A model generated the notes under the pieces. That model worked only from the letters and a program-made list of their open reading frames with translations. It was not told the origin of the DNA and ran no database searches. From Takakia lepidozioides (Eukaryota; Plantae; Bryophyta): DNA of 64,000 nucleotides. A program made the translations under genes and the position numbers. Each line of letters starts with the position of its first letter. Positions within the stretch are counted from its first letter, which is position 1. Location of the stretch: positions 61,132,001 through 61,196,000 of the forward strand of contig CM060733.1 in the NCBI GenBank assembly GCA_030704615.1, in the 5' to 3' direction. This document shows, piece after piece, positions 1 through 11,968 of this stretch.

Positions 1-1
1 G

Positions 2-1897
2 TTTGCCAAATGTGGGAGCATTGAGGATGCAAAGGAAGTGTTCGACAATATGGCCCAACGAGATGTGGTGTCCTGGAATGCGATGATCGCAGGATATGTC
101 CAGGGTGGGTGTGGGATGGAGGCCTTGGAGACCTATGAGCAAATGATGCGGGAAAGGGTGAGACCCAACCAGGTCACGTTCTTATGCGTTTGCAATGCAT
201 GTGCAAGTCTGGCAGCGTACAAAAAGGGTAAAGAGGTCTACAGTGACATCATCAAAGCCGGAATTGTACCAGATGCCGTTCTGAACACTGCTCTGATGAA
301 CATGTATGCCAAATGTGGGTGCATCGAGGATGCAAAGGGAGTGTTTGACAATATGGCTGAACGAGATGTGGTGTCGTGGAGCACGATGATCGCAGCATAT
401 GCACACCAGGGGTGCGGAATGGAGGCTTTGGAGACCTATGAGCAAATGATGCGGAAAGGGGTGAAGCCTAACCACATCACGTTCGTGGGTGTTTGCAATG
501 CGTGTGCAAGTATGGCAGCCCTAGAGAAGGGCAAAGAGGTCCATGGTGACATCATGACAGCTGGAATTATACCTGATATCATTCTGAATAACACCCTGGT
601 GAATATGTATGCCAAATGCGGGAGCCTCAAGTATGCAAAGGGTGTGTTTGACAATATGGCCCAACAAGATGTGGTGTCGTGGAACGTGATGATTGCAGGA
701 TATGCCCAGCATGGTTGCGGGATGGAGGCTTTGGCGACCTATGTGCAACTGATGCAGAAAGGAGTGAAGCCCAACCAGGTCACATTCGCACGCATTTGCA
801 ATGTGTGTGCAAACCTAGCAGCCCTGGAAAAGGGCAAAGAGATCCATGGTGACATCATGACAGCTGGAATTGTACCTGATATCATTCTGAACAACACCCT
901 AGTGGATATGTATGCCAAATGCGGGAGCCTCAAGGATGCAAAGGAAGTGTTTGACAATATGGCCAAGCGAGATGTGGTGTCGTGGACGGCGATGATGGCA
1001 GGATATGCCCAGCATGGTTGTGATGTGGAGGCCCTGCAACTATTTCAAGAAATGCAAACGGAAGGCTTGAAGCTGAACGATATTACCTTCATATGTGTTC
1101 TCTCTGCATGTAGCCATGCCGGCCTAGTGGATGAAGGCAGATACTACTTCAATTCCCTGAGTCAAGATCATGGAATCACTCCAGCACTGGAGCACTTTGG
1201 CTGCATGGTGGACCTCCTTGGCCGTGCGGGGCGATTGGATGAGGCAGAGGACCTCATTAACAGAATGCCAATGAAACCAAATGCTGTGGTGTGGATGGCC
1301 TTGCTTGGTGCCTGTAGAATTCATGGCAATGTGGAGATGGCCGAACGTGCAGCAACATCTATTCTCAAGTGGGATCAACAGGATGCTGCAACTTACGTTT
1401 TGCTATCGAACATCTATGCTGCAGCTGGCAGGTGGGAGGATAGTGCAAAGGTGAGAGAAATGATGAAGGTCAGAGGGGTTAGAAAGGAGCCAGGTCGTTG
1501 CTGTATTGAGGTCGGCAACAAGGTACACACCTTTGTTGTAGATGACAAATTGCATCCCAAAATTGAGGAAATCCATGCGCATCTGAAAAGATTGTCTGGG
1601 CAGATGAAAGAGGCAGGTTACGTGCCTGACACGAGCTTTGTATTACATGATGTGGAGGAGGAGCAAAAGGAATTTTCTCTTTGTTACCACAGCGAGAAGC
1701 TGGCTATCGCTTTTGGGCTGATCAGCACGGCCCCTAGGACGCCTCTTCGTATCATCAAGAATCTTCGGGTGTGTGGTGACTGCCACACCGCCACTAGGTT
1801 CATCACAAAGATTGTTGGCCGAGCAATTGTTGTACGGGATGCTAACCGCTTTCACCACTTCGAAGATGGAGTTTGCACTTGTGGAGATTACTGGTGA
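2..1897 (+). CDS. PLS-class pentatricopeptide repeat protein with E1-E2-DYW domain (organellar C-to-U RNA editing factor), 5'-partial, intronless
   Basis: P-L-S triplets with 303-bp period (T(A/T)TGCCAAATG at 2, 305, 608, 911); P2-L2-S2, E domain, PG box (KEPG), HSEKLA...CGDC zinc ligands, terminal DYW. Frame is open back to the window start. Confidence 0.97.
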   Translation, partial: FAKCGSIEDAKEVFDNMAQRDVVSWNAMIAGYVQGGCGMEALETYEQMMRERVRPNQVTFLCVCNACASLAAYKKGKEVYSDIIKAGIVPDAVLNTALMNMYAKCGCIEDAKGVFDNMAERDVVSWSTMIAAYAHQGCGMEALETYEQMMRKGVKPNHITFVGVCNACASMAALEKGKEVHGDIMTAGIIPDIILNNTLVNMYAKCGSLKYAKGVFDNMAQQDVVSWNVMIAGYAQHGCGMEALATYVQLMQKGVKPNQVTFARICNVCANLAALEKGKEIHGDIMTAGIVPDIILNNTLVDMYAKCGSLKDAKEVFDNMAKRDVVSWTAMMAGYAQHGCDVEALQLFQEMQTEGLKLNDITFICVLSACSHAGLVDEGRYYFNSLSQDHGITPALEHFGCMVDLLGRAGRLDEAEDLINRMPMKPNAVVWMALLGACRIHGNVEMAERAATSILKWDQQDAATYVLLSNIYAAAGRWEDSAKVREMMKVRGVRKEPGRCCIEVGNKVHTFVVDDKLHPKIEEIHAHLKRLSGQMKEAGYVPDTSFVLHDVEEEQKEFSLCYHSEKLAIAFGLISTAPRTPLRIIKNLRVCGDCHTATRFITKIVGRAIVVRDANRFHHFEDGVCTCGDYW

Positions 1898-3041
1898 ATT
1901 GATGCATATTCTGGAGAGGTGGGAGTGTCTTGCTTCATTCGTTGATTCATTTTTGAGTTGATCAGTGCTACCACCATGCCTGAGAATATTGACTATGATG
2001 TACTGTTGAGGGCATTCCAAGAGCCAATTGTGAGGTCTACCCAGCATAGGTGCAAGTTAGCTTATAATTAATTGCCCTTGTATGGAGGATAAATTTGACT
2101 GTCAATCAATAGTGGAAGAAAATGAAAGTGCTGTTATAATTCTGCTGTGGATGTAATTTCTTCTTGGAAATTTGAAGACGGAAGGGATAACTCATATGAG
2201 CATTATTTTTGCATAAGTTTTGTGTTGTCTTTGAATTTGATAAGTTTCAATGTACCTTATGGTGCTGCTTTTCCTAAGGCGTACGTCCCTAAACCCAGGC
2301 ATACAAGTATATAGTTCCTGAAGATGTATCAGATGTTCCCATTCGTTCCCAATAAAAAGCTACCAGTCAGTTTTAAACCCGTGGACAGAATATTTGTAGG
2401 AAAGAAATGGTATGTCCCCATATGTGGCATATTGTCCTGAGCTTTGGAATCTTTTCAAGTATAGTTTCCTACCTTGGGTGCCACATCTCAGGAACCAGAC
2501 GGATTGTGTCCAGCATGATAGAGAACACGTGCAAGTGAGAAATTCTGCTGGGACTCTGGATACAAGACCAGGTTGTGCATGGGTCCACTCTCGACCTAAA
2601 AGATGACACTTGCACTTTGTTTTACAGTTTTTCATGTTTTGCTTAAGTTGAAGCCAAAATTACTTGACACCAACCTGTAGTGTACAGAGATCTTTCTCTC
2701 AAACACAATCCAGATCTTTAAAAATCTGGCTAGGGAAACAGTGTTCCAGGCATGGTTGAAAATGTCTTCAGAATTGTGTCCCACTCCTGCAATAACAAGA
2801 CCGAAAGTGTTAAAAACTGTAGTCAAGAAATCGACTGAATCAGAAACTGTGATACAATACAGTACACAAACAATATATAACAACACCTTCCTCTGCCCTC
2901 AGAATTGGAATTTGACACAAGACTGAGCGAAGTTATAGTAAAAACCAACTTGAGAGAAGGGAAAACAAAGTTTGGCATCCAGTGATTTACTGAGCAAAGT
3001 ACAGGGGGAAAACCTACCAAGGAGTTCAATACCCATTCAAA

Positions 3042-3120
3042 AGAGGAGACTGGCCACAGCCAGCGTAACTAAGAGCCCACATCTGCTTAAAGCCCCTTTT
3101 CAGGGGTGGGCCTTATAAGA
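3042..3120 (-). repeat. ~90-bp structured mini-retroposon, copy 1 (diverged)
   Basis: Shares GCCAGCGTAACTAAGAGCC...GGGGTGGGCCYTATAAG with copies at 7978 and 8535. Confidence 0.7.
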
Positions 3121-3235
3121 GTGTGTGAGGACTAGGAGTATCCAGATCAACATAGATGTACATGTTCTATAGTTTCTGGGAGGATGTACCCAGTTACTAA
3201 CTAGTTGATTCTGCTCTTGTTTGCTGACCAGCCTG

Positions 3236-4612
3236 CTACTCTTCCTCATCATCACCTCCTCCCTGCAAATACCAGAGTAGGAAATTTTACATGGTAAACA
3301 CATGGTAGGACTGTCAGACCTGCCAAAAACCGAGTGCTAAAACATCTTCTCTGAGAGGTCATAACAACTTCACACAATACAAATGATAGAGGAATGATAG
3401 AGGAATGAGAGAAATGCAAGAAAGTACATACTGCTTCCTCCTCTTGCACCTCAGACTTGGATTTGTCACTCTCTTCAGGTGCGTCCTCAGCCTCGTCATC
3501 TCCCTGCCAACAAACAGTGAATTGAGTAATAATTACAGAGGAACTTGTTTGCATCAGAGTCAGCATCGTTCCAAAACGTTAGACAATGTCAGGAAGTCAG
3601 GCTACCTTGCCAGAACTCTTGTTGTAAGTTGCCAAGACGTTCTCGTAGTTGGCCTTCCTTTCTGCAGCTTCTTTATTGTATGGAGCTTTCTCCTGTAACT
3701 CCCACGTATTCTCTGAGAAAAGCCTAAAAGTCTACATGATATGCATGGACAGATCAAGACTACTGTAGCATTAGCCTGCAAAAAGCTCCCCAGTCCATCA
3801 GCAAAAGAAAAGCTCCTGTTTCTTCAAAGGTCGTTCCATACCATACTGAACATATCGTACACCAAGAGACTTGCACAAACAAGAAGTCTATTTGTTCAAA
3901 ACACTGACCTCCCCAGACATTTCCTTCCATTTTACACCTCCTGCCTTGCCAACCTGCACAAGAACGAAGAGATATTAGCACTCGTCCAAGTTCTACAACT
4001 TATGTTTGCAAACAACGCTTAACTGCACAATCGATCATGTTCACCAACTGCGAAGCATAAAATACCAACGCAAAGGTAAAGATTGCGCAATTCATTCATG
4101 CACGTGTCAAGAAGAGCCTACCGCAGCCACTCCTTTGCTGTCAGGATTCTCCTGCTTGAAGTCCTTCCTGAATGTCTCCCTGGACAGAAATAGCTTTTCA
4201 GCATCATGTAATGAAATGAGAGTGTATAATTTCATTATAAGAGTGCTCCTCTTCAACAAAAAACACTGCGAGTCGTAGGAGGAACTCACATGAAAATGAG
4301 GAAAGCAGACGGAGGGCGCTTAGGCATGTTTGGATCCTTGGCTGGCTTTTGGACGGACGGTTTGGAAACGTTTGCTTTCTTTCCTCCTATCTCTTTGCCA
4401 TCTCCTTTTCTTTTCTTTCCCACTCTGTCCAACCGAAGGAAACAAGCCAGCTATCAGTACTTGTTAGGGTAGTTCTAGGCGATTTATAGCATCAATGTAA
4501 GGATAGGAAATAGAAACAAACTTCACAAGCTTCTACCTATTCACGAGAAAGACACATACTTCTCACTGCTTTTCTTGATCTCAGTAGTGGCGCTTTTGGC
4601 AGCCTCCTTCAT
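3236..4612 (-). CDS. HMGB-type high mobility group box protein (multi-exon)
   Basis: Spliced exons read MKEAAKSATTEIKKSSEK / ...KDPNMPKRPPSAFLIF / ETFRKDFKQENPDSKGVAA / VGKAGGVKWKEMSGE / EKAPYNKEAAERKANYENVLATYNK / acidic tail ending GGGDDEEE*. GT-AG boundaries; upstream probable UTR exons to about 5500. Confidence 0.9.
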
Positions 4613-5931
4613 TTTTGCTGCCAATGCACACAAAAAAGAAACTGAATAAGACAGATATGATACATCTTCAGCCGATTGGATCTGTCTGAAAGGATGCAAA
4701 GGTTGTTGCACATTAAACATTTCTGTTGAATTGCATATCATCGCAATTTGTTGCCAAGCTATTAATATGCTAAACATCCCTGGTAACTGATTAGTGAGGT
4801 ACTAAGAACGCACATGTTATGGCCTTTGTCTTCGCCTCTTGGTTGCAGTCGTGCATATCGAAAGTAGCCACAGCAATGTCTTTCTTGCACTTCTCGCTGA
4901 TTCATGTAACACAATGTCGGGTAATCAGATGGTCTCATGAAGCTGACATCCCTTCCGATGTACATAGTAAAATACAACGCAGTTTACAACCAAGTAAAGG
5001 AACCCTGAAGACGAACGGCGAGGGCAATACCAGCGAGAAAAAGCGCTGCCAGTTGTGCTGCGCTTCAGAAGACTTGGGTCCACATCGACCCTCTTTCTGG
5101 CTTTCGGTGCTTGGGATTTTGACCCTGCTGTTGTCATATTCACGCCTCGCATAGTAATCTGTACCTGAAAGGTAATAGACAGAAATTTCTCAAGTTAAAT
5201 TGGTCCAACAGAGGAATAATCAGACAAGACTGGCAGTGAAAGACAGTAAATTTCCCAAGTGCTTGGAGTGCTCTTCTGGGCCAGCTTGCCCGTCTAACGT
5301 ATGACAAAAAGGAAGCTGGTGACATAGCAGCCCGAAGAATTTGAATGACAAGCAGTTGATGGAAGGAGTGAAGCAGCCAGACACGTACCAGAAGCAAAAT
5401 AGCGGGGGATCGGGCGCGCTGACAAAGCAATCGAAGAGAGAGTATCACGTAAAGAGAGCAGGCTCACAGTGAGCAAGGAGGAAAGAGAAAGGAGAGCGCG
5501 CGGTAGTGCGATGGCGCCATCTTTCAATCTGTTGGCGGGAATACCCCAAACTTCTCATCCATCTACATCGCCATCATTCATTCCTAAAGCACTCACTTCA
5601 TCGAGGTATTCTGGATGAGCTTTAAGACGGATGAATGTAGTAACCCTTAATGACCTCAGATTGGACAGTGCACGATGTCGACCCGATGAATGAAGGATCG
5701 ATAAGTAGATGAACTTGGCATCTGATGGAATCTACACATGAATGTTACATACGTACAGGAGAGTCACCTACTTGAGACGTGTGACAGTCTAGGTACCATG
5801 GATAAGTGTTGCCCCTTGAGATACCTAAAATATTATACTTGGGGAGATCTAACAAGATACCATATAGAGAAGATTACATTTAGGTGTTGGTTATCCAAGG
5901 CATAGCATACAAATTGTAACACTTACAGAAT

Positions 5932-7017
5932 TTAAAATACATGAAATGGAACTGTATCTGGAACGTGAACATGGATGTATTGCACTCGACGAGCGGATCC
6001 ACTTGAGGCAGTAGAAGAAGAGGAAACATTGTGCACCTCACGAGCAAACGAAGCGCTAATAGAAGAAACTATTGGTGGAACCACAGGCTGACAAGGAACA
6101 GGAGTATCGGGAACTCTATTTCCTAATGCTGTATATGGTTCCTCCCTGAGACAGCTGCAAGGCGTTGAAACATCAAAAAAGATCATTGACACATCCACCA
6201 TTTGCAACTGATGAGGGGCAACCATGCATTTCCACATAGAGGCCGATCTTTCTAAATCCATTCCCCTGTTGTGAAAAGGAACCACCCAGTTTGCAGCAGG
6301 ACAAAACTGTCCAGATTTCATCATATCGAACATAACTTTTGGCAGCGTGGAAGATAGAACACTTTGCATCTTGTATTTACACCACATATGTACTCGATGT
6401 ACAAGGTTCTAATGTGTCAAACACACACAATTATTAGCAACACTAGCACCAAACTTGATATATTCCTCCATACCCTAGTTCATCTCATCCTCGTAACAAT
6501 GATCAAACTCAAAATCGGGTTCATCTTTATCTTTCAAACAGTACCCAACCATTCCAGTATACGTATGCAAGCCTGTGTGTTTCAAGAGTTTACAATGGAC
6601 ATAATTGCCAAGTGGAGCAATTTTTGGATCATCCCACCCCAATTCAGTTTTGATCAATTTATTGAGTGTCACTAGACTTTTCACAAACAACTTGCATACC
6701 ATTTGCAAATGCAAATGTAGAAGACTCCCACCTCTTTCCAGAGAACAAATATCGGCCTCACAATATCGACGTAAGAAGGCACCCATTTTTGTCATACAGG
6801 AACGATTGATAGCTGTTCCTCCCACGCCAATAGTAACACTAGCTTGAATGAAATTCTTACCCTCTCTAAATCGATCCCTTGCCTTCCTCCTAGCATCTGC
6901 CTTCATGCCCATCCTGAATCTCTCATTTTCTACTGTCCTCTTCTACTGCGGGCTTCCAACAGGGGCTTCAAACGGCAAGCAGAGACCTTCAAGCGCAGTG
7001 GAATTTTCTGGAAGCAT
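5932..7017 (-). pseudogene. Replitron-type HUH (Rep, Y1) endonuclease/transposase, disrupted
   Basis: One frame containing SLERGGSLLHLHLQ (HUH) and GLHTYTGMVGYCLKD (YxxK), no helicase. Three in-frame TAG stops at 6943-6945, 6475-6477 and 6409-6411. Confidence 0.8.
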
Positions 7018-7977
7018 GCATGATTGTCGCAGCGTGGACAGTTGTCAAAAATCTATCGCAAAACTAGATTTGTCATCGTAACCCTGCCCTGCCACCCTAT
7101 TGGTCGTTCCCACCCTCTCTATTTTTAGCACCTTCAACTCTCCCCCCAATTGATCGTGGTACTATATAGATTAGAGCAACTTTATTCAGGTGTATTCGTT
7201 TGCACAAGAATAAGAATCTAACGTTGGGCAAGTAACAATGAAGCACCGCGCCTTGGTTCTTTACCCTACACAAAAGCTGTTGGGGTCACCTGGGGGAAGT
7301 CACTCCTTATATAGTTTAGGAATCACGTGCGATAAATAGGTATTTTCTATGGGGGTATTACTTTTTTTTTTCCCCCTTTTTTTTCATCAACCCTATAATT
7401 ATTTAATTTTGTAATATGCATAATTATCTAGCATGCTATTTTTATTTTTATTTTACTGTAAGCATATATTCATAACCCTATTTTTATTTAAATCCGGTAT
7501 CCACAAATAAGGACACCCAATTTTATTTCTAAAAATATTGTAAATTTTATCTTCAAAGAATATATGTTATCCTATATTTTTTTGCACACTGTTTGGAAAA
7601 AGTTGGAAGTGACTTCCCTGGGGGGCACCTCATGTGCAAACTTTGGGGGCACGGCTTAAGCCTAATGAATACTTCAAAGCCCTACAAAGTTCACTCAGAA
7701 TAGAACCCGTGATTAAAGGGGTGTTGGTAGTTGGTGAGTGGGTGTGCGGGTGAGCATAATATCAAACATGAAGAGTATTTTTTAGGATTTTTCGGTCAGA
7801 TATAATAATTTTATACTAATTAACATATATGCTTCTCATTGAACAATAATAGGGTCATGAATACCCGCGCGTGTGACTGCGGCGAGGCCCGCGTGTTGCA
7901 GGGAGCGCCCCTCCCCGGACCCGGCTAGTCTGCCTGGCAAGCTGGTCTGCTGGGGCCCACAATATACACATAAAGCA

Positions 7978-8071
7978 CACAGAGAGAGAAGACTCCGGCC
8001 AAAGCCAGCGTAACTAAGAGCCACTTCGCCAGACGGCTACGCCCCCTTTCGGGGGTGGGCCCTATAAGAAA
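7978..8071 (-). mobile_element. ~90-bp structured mini-retroposon, copy 2, with 12-bp TSD
   Basis: Flanked by ACACATAAAGCA at 7966-7977 and 8072-8083; (CT)n tail on the minus strand. Confidence 0.75.
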
Positions 8072-8534
8072 ACACATAAAGCATTAGTTATTGTAAGGGT
8101 TTGTAGAAAGTGGCGGGTAGTGTGGTGGTTAAGAGGAATGAATAATAAACACGAAAAAAAATTGATGGTTTTTTTTTTTTTTTTTTTTTCAAAGTCTTTC
8201 TCAATTGGGACAGTGAAATTATTTATTATTCATACGGTTCTCAGACGATCCATAAATTATGCTTTCCAAGTAGCACATTTTTCTATCCCACAATGCGTTT
8301 GATCGACACATACGACTTTGGTTATATGCTTGCTTGTGGGTTGGCCTTGTCTCACATATGGAAGATGTGGTGCCAATCATATAGGCTGGTTGAGTGTACA
8401 CTTCTACTTGGTCCTTTTCACTCTTCTTGCAAAGCCATCACCTAAACTCACATATAAAGTGACTCATCGCTACTTTTAAAAGAAGAATGAAATTTTGTGA
8501 GCGGGTGAGCTACCCAAATTCTTTTGGTTTGGAC

Positions 8535-8620
8535 AGAGAGAAGACTTCGGCTGTAGCCGGCGTAACTATGAGCCACTTCGCCTTACAGCTACTACCCCCT
8601 TTCGGGGGTGGGCCCTATAG
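8535..8620 (-). repeat. ~90-bp structured mini-retroposon, copy 3
   Basis: High identity to copy 2, same end points. Confidence 0.75.
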
Positions 8621-9109
8621 TAGGAAGGTGTCATGTGGGACACTAGGTAACCAAGGAGAGAGAGAGAGGGGAAGGCTGCTATGAACCCCCTAAGTGCCCA
8701 GGGTGCACTAGAGGGGTTAGCTTCGAGTTTGGTTTGGACATAAGAATGTGATCAAACATGCATGTTCGACGAATTGTGTAGGTTCGGTGCCAATAAGGTG
8801 GCTTCAGTTATAGATTAAACTGGGTTCGGGCTTGGTTGGCCAACTAACCGTACATACCCAATATAATGGGTGGTTTGCTACAGAACTACGATGCCAAACC
8901 TAATTCCAACCCATTGGCAAACTCTAATGCAAGAAAAAAATCAAAAATAAATGTCCATATATATTGCCTCCCATTTTTTAATAATAGGGTCTTGAATGCA
9001 CCTATGGGCCCCGCCAGTACAGCCCTTGGGGTGAGCTCATAAGCCCACCGCCCATTCACCGGGTCGGCCAGATTCTGAAATTTTTCTAAGTCCTTGTTCA
9101 TCTATCGGG

Positions 9110-9260
9110 GCGGACCTTCTAGCGGACTGGGCAGACCCTCCAACAGACCGACTCCAACCTTCTAGCGGACAGGCAGGCAGACCCTCCAGCAGACTAGGCA
9201 GACCCTCCAAGCAGACCGACGAGCGGACTGGGCACACCCTCCAGCAGACCTGCAAACCCT
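9110..9260. repeat. Short imperfect tandem repeats (GGCAGACCCTCCAGCAGAC), probably the subterminal array of a non-autonomous DNA transposon
   Basis: About five imperfect units. ATAATAGGGTC(A/T)TGAAT at 8981 also occurs at about 7845. Confidence 0.5.
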
Positions 9261-9329
9261 TTGACAAAAAATATATTTAATAACACACATCACTGCCGCA
9301 ATACAACCTGACAAGATTTGAACACCAAA

Positions 9330-11450
9330 CATTTTTTGTTTTTGTTAGAGAAAAGGCCCGAGGGAGGCCAATATATTGAAAAAGGAAAAAATAACCTCCA
9401 TGACATGCCATGGAGGCTAATAAAGGGGAGACTACCCCGTAACCGGAGCATCAAAGGGTAGGTCCTAACAGAAAACTAGAGAAGGAAGGGGGAAGGGGAT
9501 AGGGCGGAAGCTAAGTATTGCCCCTTCTATGTCTGGATGGAAAGCTGAGCCTTGGAATTCTTTTTTCGGAGACGACGCCTGTGTCTCCAATTCACATCTG
9601 ATTCTTCCCCATCAGCAAGTGAAATACGAGTGCTAATGGAATTGCCAGCACGTCGGGAGGGTGTCGTCCCAATCAATAGTGGGATCTGAGGTTCTATAGC
9701 ATAGGCAGCCACTTCGCCCAGGTGTTGTCAAAGTGAGCGAGTAATTGCCTTCTCCTCCTTTCTAAACCTTTGGAAGAGCTGCACAAAGCACAGTCCATGT
9801 TTTCTTGACTTCAGACATAAGAAGTATGTACATAATCGCTCTAACACAACGAAATTGTCCACTATAGATCAAGGAGCATCTGGACTTCCAAATGTACCAG
9901 AGAGTGTGTGCTCTGAGAACAACCCACAGTGGGCAATGACTCCATACCGCTTGAGACTAGACATTTAACAATAAAACAGAAGCAGTACTGGAGCTGGTTG
10001 CATTCCATGGAGCATAAAACCATAGCACTAGGTTCCAGATAGAGATAGACAGAGGGCATTGTAACAAGCAATGTTCAAGTGTTTCAGGCACGTTTTGAGA
10101 GCAGCAAGGGCAGAGGTCGGAGGCTAAAAAACAAGGAAAATACGATTTGCTATTTTCCAATAAGAAACCAGAAATTTTTGCTGCTCTTTCCTTCCTCCAA
10201 ATATCAGCCCAAATGACTTTCCATGCCCCTTCTTACTGGGTGCAATTGGGCTATTCTCTGCTAAACCCGCCTTACCTCATGCAGGCTAAATGGAACTCGA
10301 AATGGATCCATCATTTGGATCCCAAGATAAATGTAAGGTTTATCTGGGTCGAGGTATGGGAATGGTTGACCATTATATAGTAGAGTGTTATTTAGAATTT
10401 TGGAAGTTAAGGTATTGTCGCGTTTGGTATGGTGTGTAATAGCTGTAATGGTACATTTATGTAGGCTAAGTTCCATTGCTGCCCACTTATTGAATCTTTC
10501 CAATTTTCTTAATTGACGAATGAAATGAGAAGATGTGTTGGCAAGTAGGAAATTATCTTGGGAATCGCTAAGAATACGGTGTTGTTCTTTTGTACGAAGA
10601 GTAGTAAGTATGCTAGTGAAAAAATTTATTTTGTATTAGCAAACGCAATGGGTCTGTAATTGCCAAGCTAACTCGTCTATCAAGAAAAAGCAAGGGCTTG
10701 GATTGAGATCATAGTTTTTGTACACAAGGATTGTATGACTGTTTTTCTAGGTTTCAAGGATACATTTCATTTTGTAGCACATGATGAAGAAACGGTATAT
10801 AATATGATGTAGGTGGGGATATAATGCTTTAATAATTTTGTTTGGAATGAGATCTTGGCATGGGGCTTTGTTGTTCGAGAATGATCTTAGGCAGGAGTGA
10901 GAAATATCCAACGTGAGGTTTGTACTAAGGTCTGTTGTGAGGAGGCCTCGCCGTTCCATTTTAATCCATGTATATCATACCATGGGTAGTTTCTAACTTG
11001 GCATGCACAATGAAGCTTGTGTATTTGAGGCCTACTGAAAAATGATGTTGTTAATGGCCTCCAGAGATGTATGTAGTGTATCAGTGTTGTACGGTCAATG
11101 ACTTTATCAAGGAGGGACATTTAGCATTGGATTAAAAATAGATTTGTCAATCAGTCTAGGTTTGTCGACGAGATAAATTTCTTCCGATTTTTTTGAGCTT
11201 GTTGTTTCCAGCCTATCTGAGAGATGGTATCTATGTGGATATGAAAGTCTGGTCTGGAGGCATCCAATTTGTTAAATTTAGTAATAGTAGAGTATGAAGT
11301 TTGATCACCATTTGGGGTCTCGGAGAGAACCGTTATTGCTTGCTTTTCGGATGGTGTGATAAGTTTCTAATTGACATTTCCTCTGCTGGGTCTTGTTAGA
11401 TAGCCCCCATTAATCTTTGATCTTGTCATTTGCGGAATTTCAGGGATCAA
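9330..11450 (-). mobile_element. Degenerate LINE (RT and C-terminal zinc-finger remnants)
   Basis: Fragments NNKAPCQDLIPNKIIK, NYRPIAFAN, PYIYLGIQ, CPCCSQNVPETLEHCLLQC; A-rich tail near 9330 on the minus strand. Confidence 0.75.
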
Positions 11451-11968
11451 TGTACATGATTTCCATTGTGCACTTAGTAATTTGAGCGGTGATTACTTGT
11501 AGAGTATGGCAAGCTAAGTTCATTCATTTGAAATATGGAAAGAAAAATCCCCAAAAAATATACTCCCTGCAAACCACATCTAGCTTCAACTGTACCCAAG
11601 ATAAGAGACCATTTAACTTCAACATGGCACAAATTATGCCACCATAAAGTCAAAGCAGATACTTTCATTCCTTTCTCATGAGCAAAACTTACAAGGAACT
11701 GTCACAAAGGAAGCATGCCCCCCCAGCTTGGAAGACCCTCTTGGCTTGTGAATGACAACACAAAGCCAGTATTAAACATCAATTGACTGTGGCTATCCAT
11801 AGATCATCACACACATGCTCTGCAAATGTCAGGATACTCCATCTTTTTATTTCATCACTAATTAGGAACATCACAGCCAGTCCTAGATCTAGCACCAACA
11901 TAATGGAATTTGAAGCACAGACACTGCAACTAAGCAACACTGAAGACAAACTTCAATTAATGTGGAAT

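Noticed and set aside
7280-7630. MITE bounded by GGGAAGTCACT / AGTGACTTCCC
   Set aside because: The inverted match is short and I found no TSD.
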